A stretch of 64,000 nucleotides of DNA from Longimicrobiales bacterium (GTDB lineage: Bacteria; Gemmatimonadota; Gemmatimonadetes; Longimicrobiales; Gaopeijiaceae), in the NCBI GenBank assembly GCA_965226375.1, contig CBDDCX010000007.1:576001-640000 (forward strand), read 5' to 3'. Positions 1-10,544 of the stretch are shown here, piece after piece. Each line of letters begins with the position of its first letter. The stretch's first letter is position 1. Made by a program: the position numbers and the translations under genes. A model generated the notes under the pieces. The model was given only the letters and a program-made list of their open reading frames with translations. It searched no databases and was not told the DNA's origin.

Positions 1-357
1 GTAGAGATGGTATGCAGGTCTCGGCTCTGGGAACGTGCCCGTGCGGCGGAGCAAACCCTGGTAGAGGTGGCGTTCTCGACCAGGGTGCCCGAACTGGAAA
101 CCGCCGAGAGGTCGGGCAAGGTAGAAACGAAGCGATATGTCGAAGGGGTCATCGATCTCGCTTTCCGGGAGGCCGACGGTTGGACGATCGCCGATTACAA
201 GACCGATGTGGGCACGGATCCGGATTTTGCGGATCGGAAGTTGGCGTACCGGCGGCAGGTGGACATGTACGCTGCCTGTTGGAGCCGCTTGACCGACGAG
301 CCGGTCAAGGAGCGGATCATCTTCTACACGGCGCAGCAACACGAGGACGTTTGGTGA
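1..357 (+). CDS. C-terminal PD-(D/E)XK nuclease domain of an AddA/UvrD-type helicase-nuclease (5' part outside window)
   Basis: EVAF...VEGVIDLAF...IADYKTD...YRRQVDMY RecB-family motifs. Confidence 0.8.
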   Translation, partial: VEMVCRSRLWERARAAEQTLVEVAFSTRVPELETAERSGKVETKRYVEGVIDLAFREADGWTIADYKTDVGTDPDFADRKLAYRRQVDMYAACWSRLTDEPVKERIIFYTAQQHEDVW

Positions 358-469
358 ACCCATCGATCGGCGCCAGGAGCGTTCGCGGCTGATCCGGTTG
401 ACGCGAGGCACTGGTACCTAGAAACTGAGTTGTGACCTTTCTACTGGCCCATACTCCGGTGTAACTCTG

Positions 470-3199
470 ATGCGTCCCAATAGATTGTCGTTCTCCCTCG
501 TCGCGCTCCTTTTTGTCGTCCTCGCCCTCCCGGCAACGGCCCAGGAAACGGTGACGTCGCCCGAGCAGCAGTTCGGGCATGAAATCGGAGCCGATTATCA
601 GCTCCCGAACTACACCCAGCTCTACGAATATTGGCAAAAATTGGCCGTGGAGTCGGACCGGATGTCCATCCTCGACATCGGTCTCACTTCGCGGGGTAGA
701 CCCCAGATCATGGCGATCATCACGTCGCCGGAGAACCGTGCGAACCTCGATCGATATAGAGAAATCTCACGACTCTTGGCCAAGGCCGAGGGGGTCTCCG
801 AGGAGGAAGCCCAGTTGTTGTCCCAGGAGGGGAAGGCCGTGATCTGGATCGACGGCGGCCTCCACGCCACCGAGGTGCTCGGAGCCCAGCAGCTCATGGA
901 GTTGGTGTACCGTATGGTGAGCCGCTCCGACGCGGAGACGCTGCGGATTCTGGACGATGTGATTCTACTGGCGGTTCACGCGAACCCTGACGGCATGGAG
1001 CTCGTGTCCGACTGGTATATGCGCGAGGGCGATCCGCTGAAGCGGAGTACTGGGGGTGTCCCCGTGCTCTACAATGAATACGCGGGCCATGACAACAACA
1101 GGGACTTCTACATGTCGGCGCTTTCTGAGAGCACCAACATGAATCGGGTGATGTACCGGGAGTGGTATCCGCAGATCGTGTACAACCATCACCAAACGGG
1201 TCCGTCCGGTACCGTCATGTTTGCGCCTCCTTTCCGCGACCCGCCCAATCACAACCTCGATCCGCTCATCATCACCGGACTGGACGGTGTTGGAGCGGCC
1301 ATGCACGGTCGCTTTGTCCGAGAGGGGAAGGGGGGAACCACCATGCGTTCCGGTGCGAGCTACTCCACCTGGTGGAATGGCGGACTGCGCACCACTCCGT
1401 ACTTCAAGAACATGGTCGGCCTACTCACTGAGACCATTGGCAATCCGACTCCGATCGAGATTCCGTTCAGGCCGGACCGGCAACTACCGCACGGTGATCT
1501 CCCGTTGCCCATCGAACCCGGTGTCTGGCACTTCCGCCAATCGATCGAATACTCGCAGACAGCGAACTGGGCGGTTCTCGATTATGCCTCGCGAAATCGC
1601 GACCATCTGCTCTACAGCATCTGGCGGATGGGTATGAACTCCATCGATCGTGGTGGCCGTGACACATGGACGGTGCTCCCGTTCGAGGTCGAGGCTGCGG
1701 CCGAAAACCTCGGTGGCCGCGAGACCGGGTCCGCCGACGAGTTCCAGGCGATGCTGCGGCCTCGTGAAGGACGCGATCCTCGGGGGTTCATTTTGCCGTC
1801 GGATCAACCCGACTTCGCCACCGCCACCAAGTTCGTGAACACGCTGCTCAAGAACGGAGTGGATGTTCACAAGGCCACGGCGGCGTTTACCATAGGCGGT
1901 ACCCGCTATGCCTCGGGCTCCTATGTGGTGAAGACGGAGCAGGCCTTCAGACCCCATGTAATGGACATGTTCGAGCCCCAACAGCACCCCAATGATTTTG
2001 CATATCCGGGTGGCCCCCCGACGCCTCCGTACGACAACGCCGGGTGGACGTTGGCTTACCAGATGGGCATCGAGTTCGATCGAATCCTGGACGGCTTCGA
2101 CGGGCCCTTCGAGATGATCGAAGGACTCGCCGAGGTGCCGTCGGGAGAGGTGGCGGTCGCGGCATCGGCGGCCGGCTACGCGTTCGACCATCGCAACAAC
2201 AACTCCTTCCTGGTCCTGAACCGGCTTCTCGCTCAGGGGAGTGACGTGTATTGGCTCCTAGAGACGCCCGGAGGCACGGACCTTACGGAGGGGGCGTTCT
2301 ACGTACCTGGCGGCCAGGTAGACCGCGACGCACTGCAGGCCCTGGCGGCCGAGACGGGCGTGAGCTTTCAGGCGATCGGCGCGCCCATGGGAGGAACCCT
2401 CAAGATGCGGCGGCCGAGGGTCGGCCTTTGGGACCGCTACGGGGGCTCTATGTCGTCGGGCTGGACGCGCATGATCATGGAGGATTTCGGCTTCGACTTC
2501 GAGGTCGTGTATCCTCCTGAGCTGCCCGAGGGAAACCTGCGTGATCGGTTCGACGTGTTGGTCTTCGAGGACGGGGCGATTCCTTCGCCTAGTGGCGGCG
2601 CTCCGAGTTTTGGGGGAGGCCGTTCACCGCTGGACCCGGCGACCATCCCCGAGGATCTTCGCGGTCGAATAGGGTCTGTCACAGCCGACGGAACCGTGCC
2701 TGAAATCTTGGAGTTCGCCCGGGCTGGCGGCACGGTCATCGCCATCGGAAGTTCCTCGGTGCTGGGGTATTACGCGGGTCTTCCAATGAGTGACCACCTG
2801 GTCGACAATGGCCGACCCCTCACGGGGGAGCAGTACTACACACCCGGATCCGTGCACTCGCTCAAGGTCGAGCACGTGAGCCCGCTCACTCATGGGCTCG
2901 GGGAGCGCCTCGACGTACTCATCAGCCACAGTCCTCTCTTCCAGCTCGACGCCGGGTGGGAACGACAAGGCATCAAACGGATTGGTTGGTTCGATACCGA
3001 CCGGCCGCTGAGGAGTGGGTGGGCCTGGGGCCAGGAGCGCATGCAAAACGGCACGGCTTTGATCGAAGCACCGCTTGGCGAAGGAAAACTCTTCCTCTTC
3101 TCGCCCAGGATCACGTTCCGCTCACAATCCCACGCCGCGTTTCCGCTGCTGTTCAACGGAATTTTTTACGGTTCGGCTCAGGAGGGGCCGATCCTCTGA
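470..3199 (+). CDS. Secreted M14 zinc carboxypeptidase with C-terminal class I GATase-like domain
   Basis: Signal peptide; GLHATE, NPDG, DNNRD, NHHQ zinc-carboxypeptidase motifs. Confidence 0.85.
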   Translation: MRPNRLSFSLVALLFVVLALPATAQETVTSPEQQFGHEIGADYQLPNYTQLYEYWQKLAVESDRMSILDIGLTSRGRPQIMAIITSPENRANLDRYREISRLLAKAEGVSEEEAQLLSQEGKAVIWIDGGLHATEVLGAQQLMELVYRMVSRSDAETLRILDDVILLAVHANPDGMELVSDWYMREGDPLKRSTGGVPVLYNEYAGHDNNRDFYMSALSESTNMNRVMYREWYPQIVYNHHQTGPSGTVMFAPPFRDPPNHNLDPLIITGLDGVGAAMHGRFVREGKGGTTMRSGASYSTWWNGGLRTTPYFKNMVGLLTETIGNPTPIEIPFRPDRQLPHGDLPLPIEPGVWHFRQSIEYSQTANWAVLDYASRNRDHLLYSIWRMGMNSIDRGGRDTWTVLPFEVEAAAENLGGRETGSADEFQAMLRPREGRDPRGFILPSDQPDFATATKFVNTLLKNGVDVHKATAAFTIGGTRYASGSYVVKTEQAFRPHVMDMFEPQQHPNDFAYPGGPPTPPYDNAGWTLAYQMGIEFDRILDGFDGPFEMIEGLAEVPSGEVAVAASAAGYAFDHRNNNSFLVLNRLLAQGSDVYWLLETPGGTDLTEGAFYVPGGQVDRDALQALAAETGVSFQAIGAPMGGTLKMRRPRVGLWDRYGGSMSSGWTRMIMEDFGFDFEVVYPPELPEGNLRDRFDVLVFEDGAIPSPSGGAPSFGGGRSPLDPATIPEDLRGRIGSVTADGTVPEILEFARAGGTVIAIGSSSVLGYYAGLPMSDHLVDNGRPLTGEQYYTPGSVHSLKVEHVSPLTHGLGERLDVLISHSPLFQLDAGWERQGIKRIGWFDTDRPLRSGWAWGQERMQNGTALIEAPLGEGKLFLFSPRITFRSQSHAAFPLLFNGIFYGSAQEGPIL

Positions 3200-3398
3200 C
3201 CCAGAGAAATCCGGGTCTGGCCGGGCTTAACTGAAACCGATTGGGCGGCGTCCGAGTTATTGAGGTGATCGCCTGTCGTATGGGTATTACCGGCCCATGG
3301 GGCGTTGGGTTGGAACCTGCCGCCGATAGGTCGATACAACTAGATAGGTCGACCTCGTTACTGAGCGCGGACCGGCCTCCGCAGTCCCGGAGAGTCAT

Positions 3399-4478
3399 GT
3401 GACTAGGAACATCGGCAAGGCCCTGATGCTCGCCCTGATAGTGTCCGGCGTTTGGGCGGCCGAGTCTTCGGCCCAGATCAGGGGCGTCGTCACGTCGAGT
3501 GGCGGAATTCCGCTCGAGGGCGTGGCCATCGAGGTCTGGACCGCCAATCGGCGGATTGCGGCACGTCTGACGGACTCCAACGGGCGTTTCTTTTTACCTG
3601 AGAGCATCGCGTTCCAGGCCGTGACCCTGCAGATAGGCGGACTGGGGTTCAAGACTCTGAACGTCGTGGTCGAGGACGGCGTCGACGACTATGCCGTCCA
3701 ACTCGACGTAGAGCCCCTGATGCTCGAAGGGCTCTTGGTGACGACTGAAGAAGGCACCTGTGAGACGGGGCGTGACGATGCCAGGGCCCGGCAGCTGTGG
3801 CAGCTCGCCCGGCTACGGTACGGGGGCCTCATGGACACGCTCGGTGTGGCGACGTATCTGGCAGAAGCCGACACGATCGTACCGCTCTCCGACCTCGGTC
3901 CCTTGGATCTGCCTGCGCTCGCACTGAGTCAGCGCGGATCATCGTCGCTCCTTCGTTTCAGTTGGAGCCGGCGCATCGAGCGGGACGGCTATGCGTTCAA
4001 GGTTCGACGGACCGACGGAGCCCGCCCCTACGACTCGTGGGTGTATGCACCCCTGGATGCGGATTTCGCTCCCCACTTTGTCGACGATCTCTTCGGCGAG
4101 CGGCATCGGATGGTGGTCGAGCACGAAGGCCCCGAAGGTTGGACGCTGGCCTACTGTCCCAAGAAGGACAACAAGCCCAGCATCAAGGGAACCATCGCCC
4201 TGGCCAGGGACACGACGTTCAAGTCGATCGAGTGGCTGTTCGAGACCCCCGATCCGGTAGAACATGCCGGTGGGCGCGCCGTTTTCCCACCGCCGCTTTC
4301 CAATCGCCCACGGGTGTACCTGCTCCCGAGTGAAGCCATCGTCTGGCGTGAGGTGCCAGGCGGTGAATACCTACAGCGTTATCAACGATTCGAAGATTGG
4401 CTCGTGGCTCCGGGTGACTCGGTGCCGGCCCTTCCGTTGCGCCGCAGCGATGGGCCAGGCGGCTCTCGCAGGAACTGA
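3399..4478 (+). CDS. Secreted protein with carboxypeptidase-regulatory-like (CarboxypepD_reg) N-terminal domain
   Basis: Signal peptide; IRGVV...PLEGVAIEV...TDSNGRF pattern. Confidence 0.65.
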   Translation: MTRNIGKALMLALIVSGVWAAESSAQIRGVVTSSGGIPLEGVAIEVWTANRRIAARLTDSNGRFFLPESIAFQAVTLQIGGLGFKTLNVVVEDGVDDYAVQLDVEPLMLEGLLVTTEEGTCETGRDDARARQLWQLARLRYGGLMDTLGVATYLAEADTIVPLSDLGPLDLPALALSQRGSSSLLRFSWSRRIERDGYAFKVRRTDGARPYDSWVYAPLDADFAPHFVDDLFGERHRMVVEHEGPEGWTLAYCPKKDNKPSIKGTIALARDTTFKSIEWLFETPDPVEHAGGRAVFPPPLSNRPRVYLLPSEAIVWREVPGGEYLQRYQRFEDWLVAPGDSVPALPLRRSDGPGGSRRN

Positions 4479-4501
4479 CCAACCACCTCCGACATGAGGC
4501 C

Positions 4502-5398
4502 TCAGGGCACCGGCTCCATGCGCACCGGTGCCATGCGATCGGTTTGTCCGGTGTCCATCGGAGGAGGAGCGTCGGGGCACTCCGCGTCGGACAGAGGCCC
4601 CGTGGTATGCAGGTCGAGATATGTGGCGGTGGCATAGGAAGTGAATCCCGGGACACCTTTGACCACGTCACTGTCTACCACGTGCGGAAACTCGACGAAG
4701 GCCGAGTACGGTTGGCCTGCGCTGAGCCGCTCCGCCTCCACCGTTATGTGCTCGGTCCGATACGTGGTATAGGGCCCTTGAAACGGCAGTCCCGTGTGGA
4801 AGAGCCGTTCACCTCGGCAGTCGGCCACCACCACGAAAATCATGTCGTCCACGATGCCTCGTGGATCGGCCCGTCCGTTGGAATAAGCGCTCCAACGGAC
4901 GATGAGGTCCTGATCGGGATCCACTGCCATCGGCGACACCTGGTGACCGGCCTGCTCCAGGGAGATCGTGATAGGAGCGGGAATATCGGTCTGTCCCGAC
5001 GGCCCAGAGAGCGACGTCACGCAGCCGAACGCTGGGTGCGGTCAAGCTGAAGAGATAGGTCCCGTTCGGGTGCGCCCGGTCGACGTCATCCTGTGAATCG
5101 AAGTGGCCCATCTCGATGTAGAAATTCTCCCCCCGGTCCTCGTACTCGAGCGGAGGGTGGTCCGCCCCCGCTCGCTGAAGAACCCTGACTCCAGCGAACC
5201 CTCGGGTAGAAGGAAGACCTCCGAGAAAAAATGGTAGTTGAGCAGGGCCAACTCCCCCACGCTGTCCTGCGCAAAGTTTGACGACTTCACGAGAACGAAA
5301 AAAGAAACGCAATGATAAGTTATGGGCTTGACAACCAGGGAGACCAGGATGACGCCGAGGAGATGCGCCCGGCATATTGCGGCTCGTTGACGTGCCAT
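4502..5398 (-). pseudogene. Hypothetical exported protein split over three reading frames
   Basis: Coding-like segments in ORFs 5042-5398, 4809-5375 and 4502-5020 read as one protein with frameshifts. Confidence 0.55.
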
Positions 5399-5424
5399 GC
5401 TCTCAGACCGGCCCGCTGAGGTGG

Positions 5425-6297
5425 TCAGTCGCTCAGAGTGCGCTGCAGATACGCCCTCAAACGACGCCAGGCGTCGAGGGCCGGCGCCTCCCTGAGCTCA
5501 GGATTCTCGTCTACACGAAGCCAGAATCCGTGATTAACGGCGTCGTACACGTGCACGTCGTTCTCGACACCCGCGGACCGCAGAGCTTCCACGAACTGGT
5601 TCACGTTGTCGGGCGGAATGCCGCCATCCATCTCGGCAAAGGTCCCGTATACCTCGTGCCGTACCGAGGCCAACACCTCGGGATCGGTCACCAGGCTCCC
5701 GTAGAAGATGGCCGTACCTTCATGCTCTTCGCCGCCCAGGGCGTAGCTCAGAGCGATCCCGCCCCCGAAGCACCAACCCATGGACGCCACGCGTCCGGTC
5801 ACGTCGTCCCGGGACCGAAGAAAACGAGCGGCTGCATCGAGATTGGCGATCGTGCGGTCGAGATCGCCCTGCGCCTCCTGCATGAGAGCGACATTTTCAT
5901 CCCGATTGCTGCCGGTGCGTCCGGAGTAGAGGTCCGCCGCCAAAGCCACATAACCCTCCGCGGCCATGGCGTCGGCCATCTGACGGACACGATCGACGAG
6001 GCCGTTCCACTCGTGGATCAGAATCACGGCCGGGAAGGGGCCCTCACCCTCGGGTACTGCCAGGTAGCCCTGGGCGGCTTCGTCGCCCGCGAAGTAGGCC
6101 ACGGCCTCCCCGGACGGAGGTGCTGCCCGACCCCATATTGCCGAGGGGAGCGTGTCGACCGGTTGTGTGACTGAAGCCGCCGCGCCCGAGGGCTCCTCGG
6201 CCTCGTCGGCCGGAGCGGCGCACGTCGCAAGCAGTACGGTCGCCAGTGCAAGGGACAGCGAAATGACCGTGCCTCGTCGTTGCTCTGTCCGTGTCAT
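5425..6297 (-). CDS. Dienelactone hydrolase family lipoprotein
   Basis: HEWNGL, GWCFGG nucleophile elbow, HGF catalytic His. Confidence 0.9.
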   Translation of the reverse strand: MTRTEQRRGTVISLSLALATVLLATCAAPADEAEEPSGAAASVTQPVDTLPSAIWGRAAPPSGEAVAYFAGDEAAQGYLAVPEGEGPFPAVILIHEWNGLVDRVRQMADAMAAEGYVALAADLYSGRTGSNRDENVALMQEAQGDLDRTIANLDAAARFLRSRDDVTGRVASMGWCFGGGIALSYALGGEEHEGTAIFYGSLVTDPEVLASVRHEVYGTFAEMDGGIPPDNVNQFVEALRSAGVENDVHVYDAVNHGFWLRVDENPELREAPALDAWRRLRAYLQRTLSD

Positions 6298-6376
6298 GTC
6301 GGTCTCCTTTGCGGGCTGGGCCCTGCGTAACGGGTCTTATCCAGGCGGCGGGACCCTATAGGCGTTCTGCGTCAGA

Positions 6377-7681
6377 CTAACTGATCGGGGCCAGTCCCGC
6401 CTGTGCGACGAGAATGAGCAGGGCACGTTGGATCCCTCTGGGACCGTTCTCGTTGATGAACCACTCACCGGGTGAATGTCCGCCTCCTCCGTGGCCCCCT
6501 CCGCCGATGGTGATGGCCGGGACACCGAGGGAGATGGGGATGTTCGAATCGGTGGAGGATCGCCCTAGGGCCGGTTCCAGGCCGAGGAGTCGGGTCGCGG
6601 CGACGGCCCTCTGCACCAGTGGAGCATCCTCGGCCACCTCGCCCGAGGGTCGGTCCCCGATCATCGCGATCTCCACGGTAACGGCCGGGCCAGAGCGGCG
6701 GCTCGCGTTCATCTCCGTGACGGCTCGCCGCATGGCTCGGTGGAAGAGCGTGTCGATGACCAAGAGCCGTTCCTGACTCTCCGAGCGCATATCGACCAGC
6801 ATCGACGCCTCGAACGGAATCGAGTTCACCGAAGTGCCGCCGGTGACGACGCCCACGTTGTAGCTCGTCTTGGGACCGCTTCTGGTGTACGGGTCTGCGG
6901 CGAGATCGAAGTAGTGGGTCGCCCGGCCCATTACATGCGCGGGATTCAGTAGGCCGAAGGCGCCCCAGGAGTGTCCTCCGGGGCCCGAAAAAGTGACCCG
7001 GTAACGATGCGACCCCAGGCCCTGATGCGTCACACGCGTGTCACTGAGGCCGTCAACGGCGATGAAGCTGTCGATGGAGGGGCCGCCGGCTCGGAACAGG
7101 TGCTTCATGCCACGCAGATCGCCCAACCCCTCCTCACCTACGGTGCCAACGAACAGAATGTCGGTCTCGGTCTTGATGTCGGCCGCATTCATGGCACGAA
7201 GAATGGCCAACAACGCGGTGATCCCGCGTGTGTCGTCGCCCACGCCGGGGGCGTACAGAGTGTCTCCCCTCATACGGATTGTCACGTCGGTGCCTTCGGG
7301 GAAGACGGTATCGAGGTGGCCCCCGATGGCGACGGCGCCTGCTGCACCGCTCGTCCCGCGTCTCAAGGCGATCACGTTCCCCACGTCGTCCACGTAGACC
7401 GAATCCGCGCCCGCCTCGACCAGCATGTCGCGGAAGGCCAGTCCCCGCGCCTGCTCGGCGAAAGGCGGAGCCGGAATCTCCGTGAGCGTGATCAGGGTGC
7501 GCATGGTCTGGGCGTCGTCCGCTTCGATACCTGTGAGCGCGGCCTGCACGGAGGGGTCGGCGAAGATCGCCTGAAGCTCCTGGGCCGCATTCATCGACTG
7601 CGCCGATAGAGGCTCCGTAGCGAACGATGACGTGAGCGCGGAGGCCGTGAGCAGATAGGCTGTCAGAGAGAGACGAATCAT
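6377..7681 (-). CDS. M20/M25/M40 family metallo-hydrolase
   Basis: HLDTV, GDD, GEEG, GGHS, STDSN motifs; signal peptide. Confidence 0.88.
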   Translation of the reverse strand: MIRLSLTAYLLTASALTSSFATEPLSAQSMNAAQELQAIFADPSVQAALTGIEADDAQTMRTLITLTEIPAPPFAEQARGLAFRDMLVEAGADSVYVDDVGNVIALRRGTSGAAGAVAIGGHLDTVFPEGTDVTIRMRGDTLYAPGVGDDTRGITALLAILRAMNAADIKTETDILFVGTVGEEGLGDLRGMKHLFRAGGPSIDSFIAVDGLSDTRVTHQGLGSHRYRVTFSGPGGHSWGAFGLLNPAHVMGRATHYFDLAADPYTRSGPKTSYNVGVVTGGTSVNSIPFEASMLVDMRSESQERLLVIDTLFHRAMRRAVTEMNASRRSGPAVTVEIAMIGDRPSGEVAEDAPLVQRAVAATRLLGLEPALGRSSTDSNIPISLGVPAITIGGGGHGGGGHSPGEWFINENGPRGIQRALLILVAQAGLAPIS

Positions 7682-7897
7682 GGTATCCGAGGATGGAATC
7701 CAGAGTGTCCGGCACTCTAACGTGCGTCCCGACCCTTGGCGAACACTCCAGGGCGCAACTCCTTGATTTTCAACCGAAAATCACCGAACCTTTTGCGCCT
7801 CTTGCTCGACCGGCAACCGTCCCTCATTCTGACATTTTGGAGCTCCGTGAGCCAAGAATTTTCTCTGGTTCCCCGCACCCTAGGTACAGTGACCGGG

Positions 7898-8662
7898 ATG
7901 CTGGCGGGCTTGGGTCGCACCTCCAGATCCGTGGCCGAGCATTCGGGTCAGCTGGGTCTCCTCGTCTGGAGCATGGGCGTTGCCGTCGCCCGCCTCCGCG
8001 TATCGGCGCGTGATGTTCTGCGCCACATCCACATCATCGGAATCCAGAGCGTCCCGATCGTCCTGGTGGCGGCAGGGCTGATTGGAGTCGTTACCAGCCA
8101 GCAGGGCGGATATCAGATGCAGAGCAATCTGCCTTTGTACATCATGGGTTCCGTGGTCGTGGAGAGCGTGATTCTCGAGATGGGGCCCGTTCTCACCGCC
8201 ATCGTCATTGTGGGCCGGGTGGGTGCACGGATCACCGCCGAGTTGGGCACCATGAAGGTTTCGGAACAGATCGATGCACTCTACTCTGTGGGTCGTGACC
8301 CGGTCGAGATCTTGGCGGCCCCGCGGGTTATCGCCCTCATGATCTCCATGCCGATCCTGGTCGCCATGGCCAATGTCGTCGGAATCCTGACCGGAATGTT
8401 TTCCGCCCAGTTCACTCTCGGGCTGGGCCAGGAGACGTTCTTCTACGGAGCGCGTCTCTTCTGGCATTCCTACGACCTGTTCTACTCGCTCTTGAAGGCG
8501 TTCGTATTTGGGGCTGCGATCCCGATTATCGCCATCCACATGGGCCTAAGAACGTCGGGTGGCGCGGAAGGTGTGGGACGCACCACGACCCAGTCGGTCG
8601 TGTTCATGACCCTGACGATCCTGATCATCGACGCCATGTTCCCTCCACTCTTCCTTCAGTAG
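7898..8662 (+). CDS. mlaE: MlaE-family ABC permease (start may be slightly upstream)
   Basis: EMGPVLTA...GARITAELGTMKVSEQIDAL; GGAEGVGRTTT. Confidence 0.9.
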   Translation: MLAGLGRTSRSVAEHSGQLGLLVWSMGVAVARLRVSARDVLRHIHIIGIQSVPIVLVAAGLIGVVTSQQGGYQMQSNLPLYIMGSVVVESVILEMGPVLTAIVIVGRVGARITAELGTMKVSEQIDALYSVGRDPVEILAAPRVIALMISMPILVAMANVVGILTGMFSAQFTLGLGQETFFYGARLFWHSYDLFYSLLKAFVFGAAIPIIAIHMGLRTSGGAEGVGRTTTQSVVFMTLTILIIDAMFPPLFLQ

Positions 8663-8671
8663 GGGGCCGGA

Positions 8672-9469
8672 GTGCCACCACAGGAAAACGGATCGGGGCC
8701 GGTCATCGAGTACAGGAACGTGTTCAAGGCGTTTGACGCCCCGGTCCTCTCGGGAGTGAGCCTTTCGGTGCAGAAAGGTGAGATGTTCGCCCTCTTCGGA
8801 CCGTCCGGTACCGGAAAGAGCGTGCTCCTAAAGACCACGATGGCGCTGATCACACCCGATCGGGGTGACGTGCGCGTGACCGGTGAGTCGGTCTTCTTCG
8901 GTGATCGAAGGTCGGTGGAACGTATCCGCGAAAAAATCGGATACGTGTTTCAGTATGCAGCTCTCTTCGATTCGCTCACCGTCTTCGAGAATATCGAAAT
9001 GGGAATTTCGGAAGAAAAGCTTCGGGCGATGAGCGCAGCGGACGTGAGGCGTCGGGCCTGGGAATCTCTGGAATTAGTGAAGCTCGACCCGGCTCAGGTA
9101 ATGGGAAAACTTCCCGCGGAGCTGTCCGGCGGGATGAAGAAGCGTGTAGGGATCGCCAGAGCCATTGCGGGCCGCCCTGAGATTCTCCTGTGGGACGAGC
9201 CGACCACCGGACTCGATCCCGTGAACACGGCGGCTATCGAGAGGCTCATCACCCGCCTCTCGAATGAACTCCACACGACGTCGCTGCTTGTCACGCACGA
9301 CATCGAGGGTGGACTCGACATGTGTGATCGCGTCGCGATGCTCGAAGGTGGACAGCTTCGCTTTTGCGGCACGCCCCAGGCGTTTCGAGCCAGCGATGAT
9401 CGGGTAGTGAAGGCGTTTAGTGATCGAGCCGCCGCGACGGCGGCTCTGGACACGTTGGTAGTCAGTTAG
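8672..9469 (+). CDS. mlaF: MlaF-family ABC ATPase
   Basis: GPSGTGKS, LSGGMKKRVGIARA, DEPTTGLD; lies between mlaE and mlaD. Confidence 0.9.
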   Translation: MPPQENGSGPVIEYRNVFKAFDAPVLSGVSLSVQKGEMFALFGPSGTGKSVLLKTTMALITPDRGDVRVTGESVFFGDRRSVERIREKIGYVFQYAALFDSLTVFENIEMGISEEKLRAMSAADVRRRAWESLELVKLDPAQVMGKLPAELSGGMKKRVGIARAIAGRPEILLWDEPTTGLDPVNTAAIERLITRLSNELHTTSLLVTHDIEGGLDMCDRVAMLEGGQLRFCGTPQAFRASDDRVVKAFSDRAAATAALDTLVVS

Positions 9470-9485
9470 CATACGGGAGTATCCA

Positions 9486-10436
9486 TTGGAGACACAGAAC
9501 CACCAAGGCCCTACGGACCAGGAACTCGAACAGGCCATCCCGCGGCAGGCAGGCCGGCGGGACGTCCGGATCGGCTTATTCGTGCTCGTGGGGTTTGCTG
9601 CAACGGTCTACTTGCTCTTTCTCCTGACGGATCCGGCGACCTTCCGAGGCAGGTACAAGGTCACGACCACCGTCGAGAACGTCATGGGGCTCCGAAAGGG
9701 AGATCCCGTCCAGATGCGGGGCGTGAACATTGGGCGAGTTCACGACTTCAACTTGGCGCGCGACGCGCAAGGCGTCGTCGTGGTTCTCGAGGTAGAGGGC
9801 CAGTGGAGCATCCCGGTGGGCTCGGTTACGGAGCTCGTCAGCCCGGGTCTCATGTCTCCCAAGACGGTCATGGTCATACCGGGACCGGGACCGGGTGCGA
9901 TCGCCGCCGGCGCTTCTCTCCCGGGAACGGCAATGAAGGGTCTCCTGGACGACACGGAGAGCTTGGGATCCAAGGGGGAGTTGTTCCTCGATCAGGTGAC
10001 GGCACTCTTGTCGGATTCGACCATCGCGGCGGTGGGAGGAAGCGCGCAGGATCTCCGGATAATCCTGAACGAACTCGCCGACGTCGTGGGATCGCAGAGT
10101 GACGAGCTCGAGAATCTCATCACCTCGTTGAACCGTGCCACCGACGGATTAGCCGATGCCACCGGGCCCGAGCTCAGAGACGACATCGCGAGTACGGTGT
10201 CGAGGGCCGATTCGCTCATGGGGAGCCTGAACGCGACCTCGGCGCGCTTCGATCGTGCTGCCGCCTCGTTGGAAACCGTGCTCGGTCGCATGGAGCGGGG
10301 TGAAGGCACGCTGGGCCAGCTCTCGGTCAACGACTCGCTCTACGTGAGCCTGAACGCGGCAGCGGCCAGTATGCGCCTTTTGGTAGACGACCTGCGAGCC
10401 AACCCGGGGCGGTACATCAACCTCTCGATCTTCTAG
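9486..10436 (+). CDS. mlaD: MlaD/MCE family protein
   Basis: N-terminal TM; GLRKGDPVQMRGVNIGRV MCE motif; helical C-terminus. Confidence 0.9.
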   Translation: METQNHQGPTDQELEQAIPRQAGRRDVRIGLFVLVGFAATVYLLFLLTDPATFRGRYKVTTTVENVMGLRKGDPVQMRGVNIGRVHDFNLARDAQGVVVVLEVEGQWSIPVGSVTELVSPGLMSPKTVMVIPGPGPGAIAAGASLPGTAMKGLLDDTESLGSKGELFLDQVTALLSDSTIAAVGGSAQDLRIILNELADVVGSQSDELENLITSLNRATDGLADATGPELRDDIASTVSRADSLMGSLNATSARFDRAAASLETVLGRMERGEGTLGQLSVNDSLYVSLNAAAASMRLLVDDLRANPGRYINLSIF

Positions 10437-10544
10437 CCTCGGTGGGCCGCTTTGTGCGGCCCACCTGATCGCACAAGAGGCCGGACTCCAGATGGAGCCC
10501 GGGCCTCTTTCGATAGGGGGGCGGGGTCGGCTCGTCAGCGGCGG